IMG/VR virus record: IMGVR_UViG_3300020147_000004
Location: 1-61,553 of that record
Strand: one strand, 5' to 3'
DNA length: 61,553 bases
Source: a virus
Taxonomy: Duplodnaviria > Caudoviricetes
Below, one piece after another: positions 39,710 through 49,647 of the stretch. Position numbers and translations under genes: made by a program. Numbering within the stretch: position 1 is the first letter of the stretch; each line of letters begins with the position of its first letter. Under the pieces are notes generated by a model. That model was not told the DNA's origin, searched no databases, and saw only the letters and a program-made list of their open reading frames with translations.

Positions 39710-39997
39710 GTGGCCCGCGACGACGAAATCCGGAAAGATGTCGCACGCTTAGACCGTGCCCTGGACCGGATCGACGAGATACTGACGCAACGTGCTGGAC
39801 GAGGCGCGGACGAGAGCGAGGTCGTGCTCCTCGAGAAGCGGCAGCTGGCCGCCATCGACCGCATCGTCCCTCTGCTGAAGCGGCGTGCTGAGACGCTCGG
39901 GCTGGACGCCCCGGCCCGCAAAGACGAAGACGGGCCAGCGGAGTCGCCCATCGAGCGGATGCTGCGAGAGGCGAAGGACCGGGAAGCGCGGAGCTAG
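39710..39997 (+). CDS. Putative terminase small subunit
   Basis: Helical protein with RRAETLGLDAP motif; upstream of terL. Confidence 0.55.
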   Translation: MARDDEIRKDVARLDRALDRIDEILTQRAGRGADESEVVLLEKRQLAAIDRIVPLLKRRAETLGLDAPARKDEDGPAESPIERMLREAKDREARS

Positions 39998-40003
39998 GAG
40001 CGC

Positions 40004-40240
40004 TTGTCCGCGCTTGTCCGGGCGCCCGATGCCATGTACCTTGCCGGCATGCATGAGGGGCTACGCGAGGCGGACGAGGCGGTGGACATCAGCGAGGCGC
40101 GGCCACTGGTCGCACCCGAGCCGGGACGATGGCTCAGCGACGGGCAGCAGCTCGTCGTACGGTGCGCGCTGGTGCTGGGCGTCACGGCGATGGCGCTCTG
40201 GCTGCTGCGCGCGGCGCTCGAGCCGGCTCCGTGGTGGTAG
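40004..40240 (+). CDS. Small membrane protein
   Basis: C-terminal hydrophobic helix; start uncertain. Confidence 0.4.
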   Translation: MSALVRAPDAMYLAGMHEGLREADEAVDISEARPLVAPEPGRWLSDGQQLVVRCALVLGVTAMALWLLRAALEPAPWW

Positions 40241-40321
40241 CGACTGCGTTGGTCGGCTGGCCTATCTTCGGGTCTAAACACACGAATCGCTTCCGCTTTT
40301 CCGATTTACCCGTCTGAAGCC

Positions 40322-40350
40322 TTGCGTGGTATACCACCACAGGCTAGATT
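40322..40350 (+). promoter_or_regulatory. Sigma70-like promoter with palindromic operator
   Basis: TTGCGT-N17-TAGATT; GTGGTATACCAC palindrome at 40326-40337. Confidence 0.7.
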
Positions 40351-40356
40351 GATTGG

Positions 40357-40605
40357 TGTCAGCGATGACTGACGGCCCGGAAAGACGGGCTGAACCCAGC
40401 CCGTGGCGACGATGACGGGCTAGCGAGCGAACCGGCGAACCAGGTGAGGTCGAGACAGGGCGGACACAGCCAGTGACAGCGGGAAAGACTGCTAGCGACG
40501 GCCGGCGAGAACAGGCTCCCCAGCCCCGACGGCCACAAGCCCGAGGGGCTTCGGCGGTAGATGGTCGGCCCGGCGAGTTGTAGCTCCCGGGCCCGGCCGG
40601 AACCT
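40357..40605 (+). ncRNA. Candidate structured RNA / long leader
   Basis: About 260 nt without a credible ORF, at least six hairpins, two GGAAAGAC-loop motifs. Confidence 0.5.
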
Positions 40606-40622
40606 GAAGAGGAGATTCCGAC

Positions 40623-41854
40623 ATGGCAAACCTAGCAGACATCGTGAGCAAGCTCGAAGCGATCGAAGGCGGCCGAGTCTGGGCTGCGGAGAAGGCCTCG
40701 GAGCCGCACGTCCGAGTCTACTTCGGTGGTGACTCGTACGTCGCGGTGACGGACGAGGGTGACTCGTACGGCGTCGCTTTCGTGGCTGGTGAGGGGTTGT
40801 CCTACAAGAGGCGGGAGCGTCTCTCGGCGCAATACTCGGCCAAGGTTTCGGCTGCGCTCGGTGTGGTGCTCTCATGAAGGCCGAGGACGAAGACGGAGCT
40901 GCGCTGGCCACTGTAGCAACGAAATTCGATTATTTCACCGTCGAGGGCGAGCCCGGGACGTGGACCACACACGAGCGGCTAAGCGACGCGATAGAGCGAG
41001 CCACGGAGCTCGGCGTGTCAGTGGTGTGGGGCGTGCGGTACACAGTGGAGCGGAGCGGCTTGACCGGCGTGCACAAGCGCCCCGTCTGGAAGGCGCCGGG
41101 GGTCTCGTACGAGGACGCGGGATTGTCATGCACATTGACGCAGGCGGCGCCGTGAGCCAGCGCGCCCCCGGCGACGACCGCTGTAAGGACTGCCCCGAGC
41201 TCCACGAGCCGGGGCGTTCGCGCTGTGCCGAGTGCGCAGCGAAGCGGCGCCAGATCGAAACTGATGGCCGCGCGCAGCGGCGCAAACGGCGGCAGTGCCT
41301 CACGTGCGGCGCGGCCGTCGGCAAGCGCAAACGAGATGGTAAGCTGGCGCGGCACTGCCCCCGCCACGCGGATTACTACGCAGCGAGAGCGAGGGCAGCA
41401 TGACGGTCGCCGAAATTATCGTCCCCGCCGACCCCGACCAAGACGATTGCCTCGAGGCCGCCGCGGAGACCTACATCCGCAACTACCCGGCGCTCGAGGG
41501 CTGGGGCCTCGCGCCGCGATTCGCCTCGGAGACCGACCGTGAGAGCGTCGTCCTGACGGTGCCCTACTGGGCCGCGCCGGGCTACGAGGCCGACCCGGAA
41601 GCAGAGGCCGACGTTCACCGTGCTCGGGAGCGGGACGAGTGACCGTTCGCCCCGACCGCCACCGCGGGCCCCGAACGCTCGTGCAGATCCCCGCCAGTCC
41701 GGACGACATCCGGCGCTGGCGGGCTCTGGCCAAGGCGGGCGACCTGCCGCTGGGGCGATGGCTCATCGAGGCGGCGCGGGCGTACGAGATCATCTCGGAG
41801 CGGCAGGACGCGCTCAGTGACGAGGAGTGGCGGAGGGTTGTAGGATGGGACTGA
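40623..41854 (+). other. Accessory small genes (40623-40877, 40874-41155, 41127-41403 Zn finger, 41400-41642, 41639-41854 RHH-like)
   Basis: Coupled ORFs behind their own promoter. Confidence 0.6.
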
Positions 41855-41865
41855 GGGAGACCACG

Positions 41866-42207
41866 ATGAAGAAGGCGATCGCGATATTGGTGGCGGGCTT
41901 GTTCGGGGCGGGCTGCGGCGGCGCTTCCGAGCCGGGGCAGGAGCCGGACTGGCACAACGCCGGCACGGTCGTCACGGCCTGCCACGGGATCCGAGCCACG
42001 GTCGATGGGGTAGTCTTCGAGGGCGCTGGCTGCGAACGTGCCAAGGAGTGCGCGGGCGTCACGGACGAGCTACTCGAGGTGTGGACGTACGACTTCGTGC
42101 CCGACGACATCAGCGACGTGAGCGAGCCGTTCGAGTGCGAGTGCCTGGCGGTGCGCTGCGAGAGCGGGCGGTCGGCGGTGAAGGTCGAAGGGGAGTGTGA
42201 GTGCTGA
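41866..42207 (+). CDS. Cys-rich lipoprotein
   Basis: MKKAIAILVAGLFGAGC signal and lipobox; multiple Cys. Confidence 0.75.
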   Translation: MKKAIAILVAGLFGAGCGGASEPGQEPDWHNAGTVVTACHGIRATVDGVVFEGAGCERAKECAGVTDELLEVWTYDFVPDDISDVSEPFECECLAVRCESGRSAVKVEGECEC

Positions 42208-42428
42208 TGAGCCAGCCTAGGGAACACGACTTTGCCGACGAGCTTGCGGCGCTGATCGCTCGCTACGCCGACGTTCCGCGCGGAGGCCGCGGTGCGTATC
42301 TGATGACCGCCATCGCAGCACTCATCCAGGCCGAGAAAGGCGACGTGCCGACCGTGAAGGAGTTCGGCGACTGCATCATGGCTTTAGTGAAGAAGGTGGC
42401 CGACCAGGGACAGGTGCGAATGAACTGA
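42207..42428 (+). CDS. Small hypothetical protein in frame with terL
   Basis: The TGA stop is followed directly by the open terL frame. Confidence 0.5.
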   Translation: MSQPREHDFADELAALIARYADVPRGGRGAYLMTAIAALIQAEKGDVPTVKEFGDCIMALVKKVADQGQVRMN

Positions 42429-42437
42429 TACAGGCCC

Positions 42438-43925
42438 CTGCCCGCCACCTTCGCGACTCTCCAAGTACTCGACGCTGCGCTCCAGAGCGGCGGCCATCAC
42501 GGCCTCACGCCGTTTTGGTCGGACGTATTGGAGCGGCTCTACTCGTCGGGAAAGACCAATTTGGTCGCCCGCGTCGGTCGTGGTGGCTGCAAGTCGCACA
42601 CGAGCACGAAGGTCGCGACGAACGAGGTGCTGTTCGGCGATTGGCGCGTCCCACGCGGCGAGGTCCACTATTGGGCGTTCGTCTCGGCGCGCAAGGACGA
42701 GGCCGAGCAGCGCGTCGTTTTGATTGAGAGCTTCCTCCGCGTGCTCGGCGTGAAGTTCGAGGCGAAGGGGAACACGATCACGCTGAAGGACCGGCCGCGC
42801 GGCTTCAAGGTCTTCGCGTGCAACGTCGGCGCGGTCAGCGGCTTCCGCTGCATCGGCTACTCGGCGGACGAGCTTGCCAAGTGGAACGTCGAGGGCGTGA
42901 ACCCGTCGGCGGAGGTGTGCGCGTCGCTGAACGCGATGACGGTGACGCATCCGGGCTCGAAGCGCCTGCTTATCTCCTCGCCGCTCGGCATGACCGACTA
43001 CCATGCGACGCGGTTCGAGCGTGGCGACGACGAGACGCAGATGGTCGCAAGGGCGGCGACGTGGGAGGCAAACCCGAGCGTCACGGAGGAGCAGACGCAC
43101 GAGCTCGAGCCGGACGATCGCGTGTGGTCGCGCGAGTACGCGGCTGTCCCTGGCTCGGGCATCACGGACGACTGGTTCGGGGCGGGCGTCGGGCTCTCGG
43201 CTACGAAGGAAGTGCCGCCATGGAAACCGTGGATGCGTACTTGGATTGCCCTGGACCCGGCGTTCGCTCAGGACCGATTCGGCTGGGCGGTGTGTACGTC
43301 GATTCAGGCTGCATCGGGTAGGCTCACGACGATTCACGAGGTGGGCAGCTGGAAGCCGGACCGGTCGCCGGGGGAGATGGCGGCTCGAGTGCGCTCGGAG
43401 CTCTGCGCCAAGTACGGCGTGGGCGAGGACGACACGAAGCGGGTGTTCACGGACCAGTACGAGGGCTATTCGTTCACCGAGCTCGCCAGGAGAGAAGGGC
43501 TTTTCTGCGAAGTCGTCCCCTGGACCGGCGGCGCAGGCGAGACGAGCAAGGCCACGCGGTTCAAAAACGTGCGGATGGCCATGCTCAGCGGTGAATTCCG
43601 CATGCCTGACGAGGTCGGATGGATCAAACGGCTGCGCTCGGTGCGCGGCGTGCTGCTCTCGAGTGGGTCGGAGCGCATCGAGGTGCCCCGCACGTTCGAC
43701 GGCCACGGCGACGACGTGTCCGCGATGGTGATGGCCGCCTCGATGGCCTTGTCGGTGCCGGCGCAACCCGTCTACGTCGAGCCCGTTCGGCCCGGGTCGC
43801 CTGAATGGCTCGCGGGAGAGCAGGCGCGGATGCGGGAGGAGGCGGCGAAGCGGGTACGTGAAAGGCAGGCGGTGCGGGGGCAGCGGGCGGGGAGTTTGGA
43901 GGCGAGGATTAGGGCCCTCCGCTAG
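42438..43925 (+). CDS. terL: Terminase large subunit (start uncertain: CTG 42438 or TTG 42528)
   Basis: RVGRGGCKS Walker A variant, YSADE Walker B, ISSP, IALDPA, TDQY, HGDDVSA nuclease residues. Confidence 0.85.
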   Translation: MPATFATLQVLDAALQSGGHHGLTPFWSDVLERLYSSGKTNLVARVGRGGCKSHTSTKVATNEVLFGDWRVPRGEVHYWAFVSARKDEAEQRVVLIESFLRVLGVKFEAKGNTITLKDRPRGFKVFACNVGAVSGFRCIGYSADELAKWNVEGVNPSAEVCASLNAMTVTHPGSKRLLISSPLGMTDYHATRFERGDDETQMVARAATWEANPSVTEEQTHELEPDDRVWSREYAAVPGSGITDDWFGAGVGLSATKEVPPWKPWMRTWIALDPAFAQDRFGWAVCTSIQAASGRLTTIHEVGSWKPDRSPGEMAARVRSELCAKYGVGEDDTKRVFTDQYEGYSFTELARREGLFCEVVPWTGGAGETSKATRFKNVRMAMLSGEFRMPDEVGWIKRLRSVRGVLLSSGSERIEVPRTFDGHGDDVSAMVMAASMALSVPAQPVYVEPVRPGSPEWLAGEQARMREEAAKRVRERQAVRGQRAGSLEARIRALR

Positions 43926-44202
43926 TCCTTCCCGAACAGCCCCTCCCACGCCCCTGCAAGCGGCAATAGCAGCACCGGCCACCAATGCTCGGACCAGTGG
44001 CAGAGCATCGCGACGACCGCGATCCAGAGCAGGGTTGCCGAGGTCACGGCGGAATGGAGCGCCGCTGGCCGGGATGGAGTCAAGTGGACCGGCCGCGCGC
44101 GGTTTTTAGGCCGTTTCCCGCATGAACCGGGGGAAACACCCGCGGATTGGCTGGTTTCGGCCGCGCACGGCAAAAAGCGCGCGAATTATTCCAAAACTAT
44201 TC

Positions 44203-44258
44203 TGCGCCACTGTGTGACAATCTGCCCCATTGCCTTTTGTCCCACCTCCGCGTACGAT
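44203..44258 (+). promoter_or_regulatory. Triple heptamer box plus promoter of the head operon
   Basis: TGCGCCA/TGTGACA/TGCCCCA at 10-bp period, abutting TTGCCT-N17-TACGAT. Confidence 0.7.
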
Positions 44259-44334
44259 TGCCCCAGCCCAGGGCTGTACGGCCTCGATTCCCCTCCGAGG
44301 CGGTTTGGCCCGGGCGCTAACTACGGAGCCTGGA

Positions 44335-44942
44335 ATGACCGCAGATGAAGCACGGCAGGAAGCGGAACTGGTCGCTATCGCGACGCTCCCGACCGTCGAG
44401 CAGCAAATCAAGGCGCGGCTTGGCGTGCCAGCCGCAAAGTACATGGGCGGGGTGTTCCGCGTCGGTGTGTGCCGGCAGGACTTCGCGGTCCTGAAGGACC
44501 TAGTGGCACTGCGCGGCGTCCGTCCGGAGCGAGACGGCACCATCCTGATCCACACCCCGTCGGGCCCGGTCCACGCGTTCGACGACGATACGGTCCCGCG
44601 TGGCGGCATGTCGCTCGTCTTCTACTCACGCACCGCGAAGTTCGAAGGGGCCGAGTGATGGCCGCAGCAGTCGCAAAACTCGAGAAGCCCGCTGAACCGG
44701 CGGTGCCGGACCTTTCCAAGCCCGTCGCGATGCGATGGTGGAAGGCGCCGAGTCTGCTCGGTTCGCAGACCACTGACACGGTCGTGCTGGGCCAGGACGT
44801 GGTGACCGGCAACGGCGCGCAGGGCAAGGTGCAGAGCATTCTGCGCTACCCGAGCGGCGGAGTGCTGGTCGAGCTGCGACACGAGAGCTTGGGCAAGACT
44901 CACTACCTCGTCATCGACGGCGGGCATGGGGTGGCGGAGTGA
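44335..44942 (+). other. Two hypothetical genes (44335-44658, 44658-44942)
   Basis: Coupled ORFs with RBS. Confidence 0.55.
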
Positions 44943-45454
44943 GCGAGCCGCAGTTCACGGAGCCGAGCGCTGCGTTCGATTTCGAGGTGCTCAAACAGCT
45001 CGCGGATTGTCTGCCGTCAGGGAATCCCGGGCAGACGCTCGGGTGGGATGGCGCGTGGCACAGCGAGATGCGCATGCTCTCCGACAACGTCCTTGTCGTG
45101 CTCGAGCCGCCGCCGAAGGAAACGAAGAGCGGCATCGCGATCGTGCACACCCGAGCTCCGGGAGCACGTGAGCATCGGACGGCCCGCGTTTTAGCCGTGG
45201 GTCCAGGCCACTACAGCGGCTGCAAGTCGTGCGGTGGCGAGCGGACGCACTTGATTCCGACGGAGCTGAAGCCGGGGGACCGCATCGTCGTGGATGCGAT
45301 GTGCGGGAACAAGTGGGACTTCGATGTTTCAAGCGTCCGCAGCAATCCGAACCCGCAGTTCGACTCGATGCTCGGCGAGCGTGGCGACTTCCGGGTGATT
45401 CGGGAGGCGGAGGCCCTCGCTGTGCTGGAAGAGGAGATTAGGCATGTTGAGTAA
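44939..45454 (+). CDS. groES: GroES-like co-chaperonin
   Basis: LSDNVLV, ETKSGI, VLAVGPG, LKPGDRIV, IREAEALAVL. Confidence 0.82.
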   Translation: MSEPQFTEPSAAFDFEVLKQLADCLPSGNPGQTLGWDGAWHSEMRMLSDNVLVVLEPPPKETKSGIAIVHTRAPGAREHRTARVLAVGPGHYSGCKSCGGERTHLIPTELKPGDRIVVDAMCGNKWDFDVSSVRSNPNPQFDSMLGERGDFRVIREAEALAVLEEEIRHVE

Positions 45455-45480
45455 GACCATGAACCAGACGAAGGTTAGGA

Positions 45481-46052
45481 ATGCCTGAGTGCACCGAGGA
45501 GGAGCGGGCGCTGCTAGACACGCTGGCGCAGAGACCGGTGCCTAACGACGGCCTCCGAGAGGCGTGTGCCCAGTGGGCACTGACCCGTGTCTCTCCGGAG
45601 CTCAAAGAGCGCCTGGTCTCCGCCATGGCCGCGGGCCGCCAAGCTGGGAAAGCGGAAGCGGCGTGCTGGGCGGAGCTGGACGCACTGGGCCTCAACGACG
45701 GAACAACCAAGACGTGGAACGACTTCTACAAGGCCGTTGAGGCAGAAGCCGAGAAGCGTCTCTCGCAGTAATGGCCGGCCGTCGCCACCGCCTCCACGAG
45801 CCCTGGATGTACGACCGCAAGCCTGAAGCCGGACGCCGCTCCGTTGCGCTACGACGCGCGAGCGAGTGCTCGTCCGGGAAGATGGGCTACGACTCGAAGC
45901 AGCAGGCTCGAGTCGCGACGGCCAGGGCAACGGCGGCGCATGGGGAACCGCTCGGCGTGTACCGCTGCAAGGAGTGCAGTCGGTGGCACAAGACTTCGAA
46001 GCTGGGCGGGACGACGGTGCCCGTGAGTGAGAAGGCGCGGAGGGTTGCCTAA
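45481..46052 (+). other. Two small genes (45481-45771; 45771-46052 with YRCxxCxxWH)
   Basis: Coupled ORFs. Confidence 0.55.
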
Positions 46053-46069
46053 ATGCTTTAGCCCGGCAC

Positions 46070-48073
46070 TTGGCCGTCCGACGCAACCACAAGCGCATCG
46101 AGTTACCATCGCAGCCCTGGTACGACCTGCCGGAAGACGAGCAGGGTGCCGCGGTCGAGCGGCTCGTGCGCGACTACCGCACGGCTCAGGCACCGCGACG
46201 TAGCCGCTACATCCGCAACCTCGAGCTCTACGAGGGCCGGCCGATGAGCGGATACTCTGCGTACTCGTACTGCGAGGACGACCTGATGCCGTTCGACCGC
46301 GAGCGGCTCCGGCTCATCCGTAGCGCGGTCTCCTCAGCGGTAGCGAACATCTACGCGCCGCAGAAGCCGAAGCCGCAGTTTCAGACGCTCGGGGCGACGT
46401 GGGCGCAGCGGCGCAAGGCGTACAAGCTCGACAAGATCTGCGAAGGCATCCTGAACCAGCGTCAGGGCCGGTGGATCAACGGCTGGGCGATGATGATTGA
46501 CGCGGGGGTGGAGGCTTCGAACCAGGGCGTCGCGGCCGTCATGGTCACGGCGAACAAGGCGCAGGGGCGCATCGAGCACGAGCTCGTGCCGCTGCCGGAT
46601 ATTTTCACGGACCCAGCCGAAGGTCGTAACCCGCGGAACTTTTTCTGTCGCCTGCCGATTGCCGAAGACGCGGCGTGCGCCATGGCCGCAGCGAACTACG
46701 GGCACGGCAAGCAATACGAGACCATCAAGCGCGCAATCGAAGGCGCGAAGCCCTACGACTGGTTCGGCAATCCGAATCGCGCGACGGTGCCCCGAGCTGT
46801 CCGCGTCGTGGAGATCGACTACGCGTGGCACATGCCGGCCAGCAAAGACGAGCCGGGCCACTGGTGCGCGCAGATAGGTGGCGTGCGCATCGATGGCGGC
46901 GAGTGGACCGCGCCGGCCCCGCCATTCGTGTTCTTGCTTTGGGAGCCGTGGCGGGACGGCTTCTGGGCTTCAGGCATTGCGGATGAGGGCGGTTCGCAGT
47001 CGCAGGAAATCGACGACCTCGATATGCGGCTGATGATTCGGGAGAAGATCGCTTCGGGTCTGAAGTGGTTCTACCAGAAGGAGACCATCAACCCTGATGA
47101 CCTGATGGTGAACGACCCGACGGTCGGCATTCCCTACGAAGGCAACGTACCGCCGACGCCCGCCAACCCGATGCCGTTCCACCCGATGGAGCTCGACTAC
47201 CTGAAGTTCAAGGTTCAGGGCTTCTGGGATTCAATCGGCATCTCGCAGGTCTCAGCGGCAGCGCGGCGCGAGCAGGGCGTCTCGAGCGGCGTCGCGATTC
47301 AGACGCTCAACGACACGAAGAGCGGCCGGCAGCTGGTCAAAGGCCAGCGCTACGAGCAGGCGTTCGTGGACCTGGCGCACCAATACGTCTGGCGCCTGCG
47401 CGAGCTCGCCGCCGACGATCCGAACTTCGCCGTGAAGTGGGCCGGGAAGTCGCTGATTCGTAGCTACAAGTGGAAAGACGCCGACGTAGAGGACGACGCG
47501 TTCTCGACGACCGTCGCACCCGCATCGGCCTTCCCGCACGACCCGGCCGGACGCCTCGACTACGTGCAGGCCATGTACAAGGCCGGGCTCGTTTCGCAGG
47601 AGACGGCCAAGCAGCTGATGAACTGGCCGGACCTCGAGTCCGAGATGAGCATGGAAAACGCCGAGACCGAGTATCTCGACATGCTCATCGAGCGCTACCT
47701 CGACGCGGATGCAGACACGTGGGGAGCCGGCGACTACCAACCGCCCGAAGCATTCATTATCAACAAGGTCGGCGCGATGCGTCGCGTGGCGTCTGCGTGG
47801 TTCCGCGCGCGCATCGACCAAGCGATGCTGCCCGAGAGCGAGCGCGAAGCGGCGGAGTTCAGCATCTCGCTACTGACTCGCTACATGCAGGAGCTGGACG
47901 CGCTGATGCAGCCGCCAGCGCCACCGCCGGGGGCAGCAGCTGCTCCTCCTGGCCCTGGTGCGCCCCCGCCGCAGCTCCCCGGCATGCTCCCGCCCGGTGG
48001 TCCCGGTGGGCCGCCGAGTCCGCAGATGCTTCCCCCGCCGTTGCCGGTGGGACCGCCGCAACCTGGAATTTGA
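46070..48073 (+). CDS. Portal protein
   Basis: 667 aa between terL and scaffold; SSGVAI motif and Pro-rich tail typical of podoviral portals. Confidence 0.8.
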   Translation: MAVRRNHKRIELPSQPWYDLPEDEQGAAVERLVRDYRTAQAPRRSRYIRNLELYEGRPMSGYSAYSYCEDDLMPFDRERLRLIRSAVSSAVANIYAPQKPKPQFQTLGATWAQRRKAYKLDKICEGILNQRQGRWINGWAMMIDAGVEASNQGVAAVMVTANKAQGRIEHELVPLPDIFTDPAEGRNPRNFFCRLPIAEDAACAMAAANYGHGKQYETIKRAIEGAKPYDWFGNPNRATVPRAVRVVEIDYAWHMPASKDEPGHWCAQIGGVRIDGGEWTAPAPPFVFLLWEPWRDGFWASGIADEGGSQSQEIDDLDMRLMIREKIASGLKWFYQKETINPDDLMVNDPTVGIPYEGNVPPTPANPMPFHPMELDYLKFKVQGFWDSIGISQVSAAARREQGVSSGVAIQTLNDTKSGRQLVKGQRYEQAFVDLAHQYVWRLRELAADDPNFAVKWAGKSLIRSYKWKDADVEDDAFSTTVAPASAFPHDPAGRLDYVQAMYKAGLVSQETAKQLMNWPDLESEMSMENAETEYLDMLIERYLDADADTWGAGDYQPPEAFIINKVGAMRRVASAWFRARIDQAMLPESEREAAEFSISLLTRYMQELDALMQPPAPPPGAAAAPPGPGAPPPQLPGMLPPGGPGGPPSPQMLPPPLPVGPPQPGI

Positions 48074-48288
48074 TGGCCAAGTACATTCAAGAACACGCAG
48101 GCGAAGACGGTTGGTCCCGCTGGGTTCAGCCGGTGCGCCGCGGATACAAGCTGCGCTGCTGTGACTGCGGCCTAGTCCACAACATGGACACACGCATTCG
48201 CAAAGGGCGCGTGCAGTTCCGCATGAGCCGCAACAACCGATCGACGGCGATGGTCCGTCGCCACCAGAAGAAGACCAAGAATGGCTGA
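48073..48288 (+). CDS. Small CCDCGLVH Zn-binding phage protein
   Basis: Coupled ORF between portal and scaffold. Confidence 0.6.
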   Translation: MAKYIQEHAGEDGWSRWVQPVRRGYKLRCCDCGLVHNMDTRIRKGRVQFRMSRNNRSTAMVRRHQKKTKNG

Positions 48289-49456
48289 ACCAGCAACAGC
48301 AACGCCCGAGACGACCGCCGCGCCCGCCACCACGCCGGAGCCGGCTACACCAGCCGCGAAGCCCGGAAGGACGCCACGCGCAGCCGCGAAAGCAAAGGCC
48401 CCTGCGTTCAAGGAAGCGTGGTACGCGCACGGCGGCGACGAGGTGACCGGCACGTATCCGCGCGACGTGAAAACGGCAGAAAAAGCGCCGGCGCCGAATG
48501 ACGACACTTCGACGCCTCCCGTCGAAACGCCGCCACCCGCCGACCCGGAGAAGACCGTCCCGGACAACCCGAAGCCGCCGAGCCCGGGCGAGATGAGCGA
48601 GCTGGAAGAGCTCAAGGTGCGCGCCGCGAAGCTCGGCTTCCTCCTCGAGGATGGCAAAATCACGACGAAGGACCGCGCGGAGCTGCGCCTCGCGAAGAAG
48701 AAGGCCACCGACGAGATCGCGGCGAAGCAGCGCGAGATGCTGACGCAGGTCGAGCAAGCGACGCTGACGCACAAAGAGCGCATCGAGCGGGCCGACAAGA
48801 TCCTCTCTGCCGTGGACTCGAAGGACCACGACGAAATCGCGAAGGTGCACGGCTTCGAGTCGTGGGACGCGATGGTCGAAGACCGCATCAACCGCCTCGC
48901 CGATCCGAACTATCAGCGCCTGAAGAAGCTCGAGCAGGAAGCCAAGGAGCGTGCGGAGCGGGACGAGCGGGCCGCGAAGGAGCACGAGGAGCGCCAGCGC
49001 ACGCAAGCCCGCATCCAAGCGCAGGCGCAGTACCGCCAACAGCTAGCGACGCAGATGAAGGTGAGCACGAACAAGCTCGTCCAGGCGTTCGCGGATGACC
49101 CGGGCTTCATCGCGGCGATCTTCAACATCCAGCAGCAGAACTACGACGGCGCGCAGGTCCCCACTCCGGAGCAAGCCATCCGCATGAAGTCCCAAAACGC
49201 CGCCGAGTCCCCCTACGAGTACATCGAGCGCGTCTACAGGCGTGCGAAGGGCGTCTTCGAGGAGCCGCCGCCCGTCGAAGCAGCGAAGCCCGCGCCGACC
49301 GCAAAGCCCGCGCCGAAAACCTCCGCTCCGCCCAAGCCCGCGCCGGCTCCACGCGGCAAGTTCGACACGAAACGCGCTGGGATGGACGACGCGATTCGGC
49401 GCTTCGAACAAGCGGTGAAGATGGACGAAGCGGAGGACCGGAGAAAGCTCGCCTAG
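48281..49456 (+). CDS. Capsid scaffolding protein
   Basis: Disordered Pro/Ala/Glu ends, coiled-coil core, position before the capsid gene. Confidence 0.7.
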   Translation: MAEPATATPETTAAPATTPEPATPAAKPGRTPRAAAKAKAPAFKEAWYAHGGDEVTGTYPRDVKTAEKAPAPNDDTSTPPVETPPPADPEKTVPDNPKPPSPGEMSELEELKVRAAKLGFLLEDGKITTKDRAELRLAKKKATDEIAAKQREMLTQVEQATLTHKERIERADKILSAVDSKDHDEIAKVHGFESWDAMVEDRINRLADPNYQRLKKLEQEAKERAERDERAAKEHEERQRTQARIQAQAQYRQQLATQMKVSTNKLVQAFADDPGFIAAIFNIQQQNYDGAQVPTPEQAIRMKSQNAAESPYEYIERVYRRAKGVFEEPPPVEAAKPAPTAKPAPKTSAPPKPAPAPRGKFDTKRAGMDDAIRRFEQAVKMDEAEDRRKLA

Positions 49457-49476
49457 CCCGCTATCAGCACATGTGA

Positions 49477-49549
49477 TGTCACAGACTGGCACACTCTGGG
49501 ACATATTATTGAGTTGCGAAATATCAGTGTGCCAGTTCACACTGTGAAC
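49477..49549 (+). promoter_or_regulatory. Triple heptamer box and probable capsid promoter
   Basis: TGTCACA/TGGCACA/TGGGACA at 49477/49487/49497; inverted copy at 49528; TTGCGA-N18-CACACT. Confidence 0.6.
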
Positions 49550-49647
49550 ACCTCGGAGTAATCCGAGAGGCAGGGCCACCGGAGCCCATTGAATCCGAGA
49601 CGATGCCCGATGCGGAAAACCCGCGTCGATAACCAGGAAATCGTCTC

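Noticed and set aside
39710-40240. TAG read-through fusing terS to the next in-frame ORF, or stop-codon recoding
   Set aside because: TAG and TGA terminate many well-defined genes here; in-frame adjacency is a one-in-three chance
40322-42428. Self-splicing intron between the terminase genes
   Set aside because: No group I/II core, maturase or homing nuclease recognised; the region has its own promoter and ordinary ORFs
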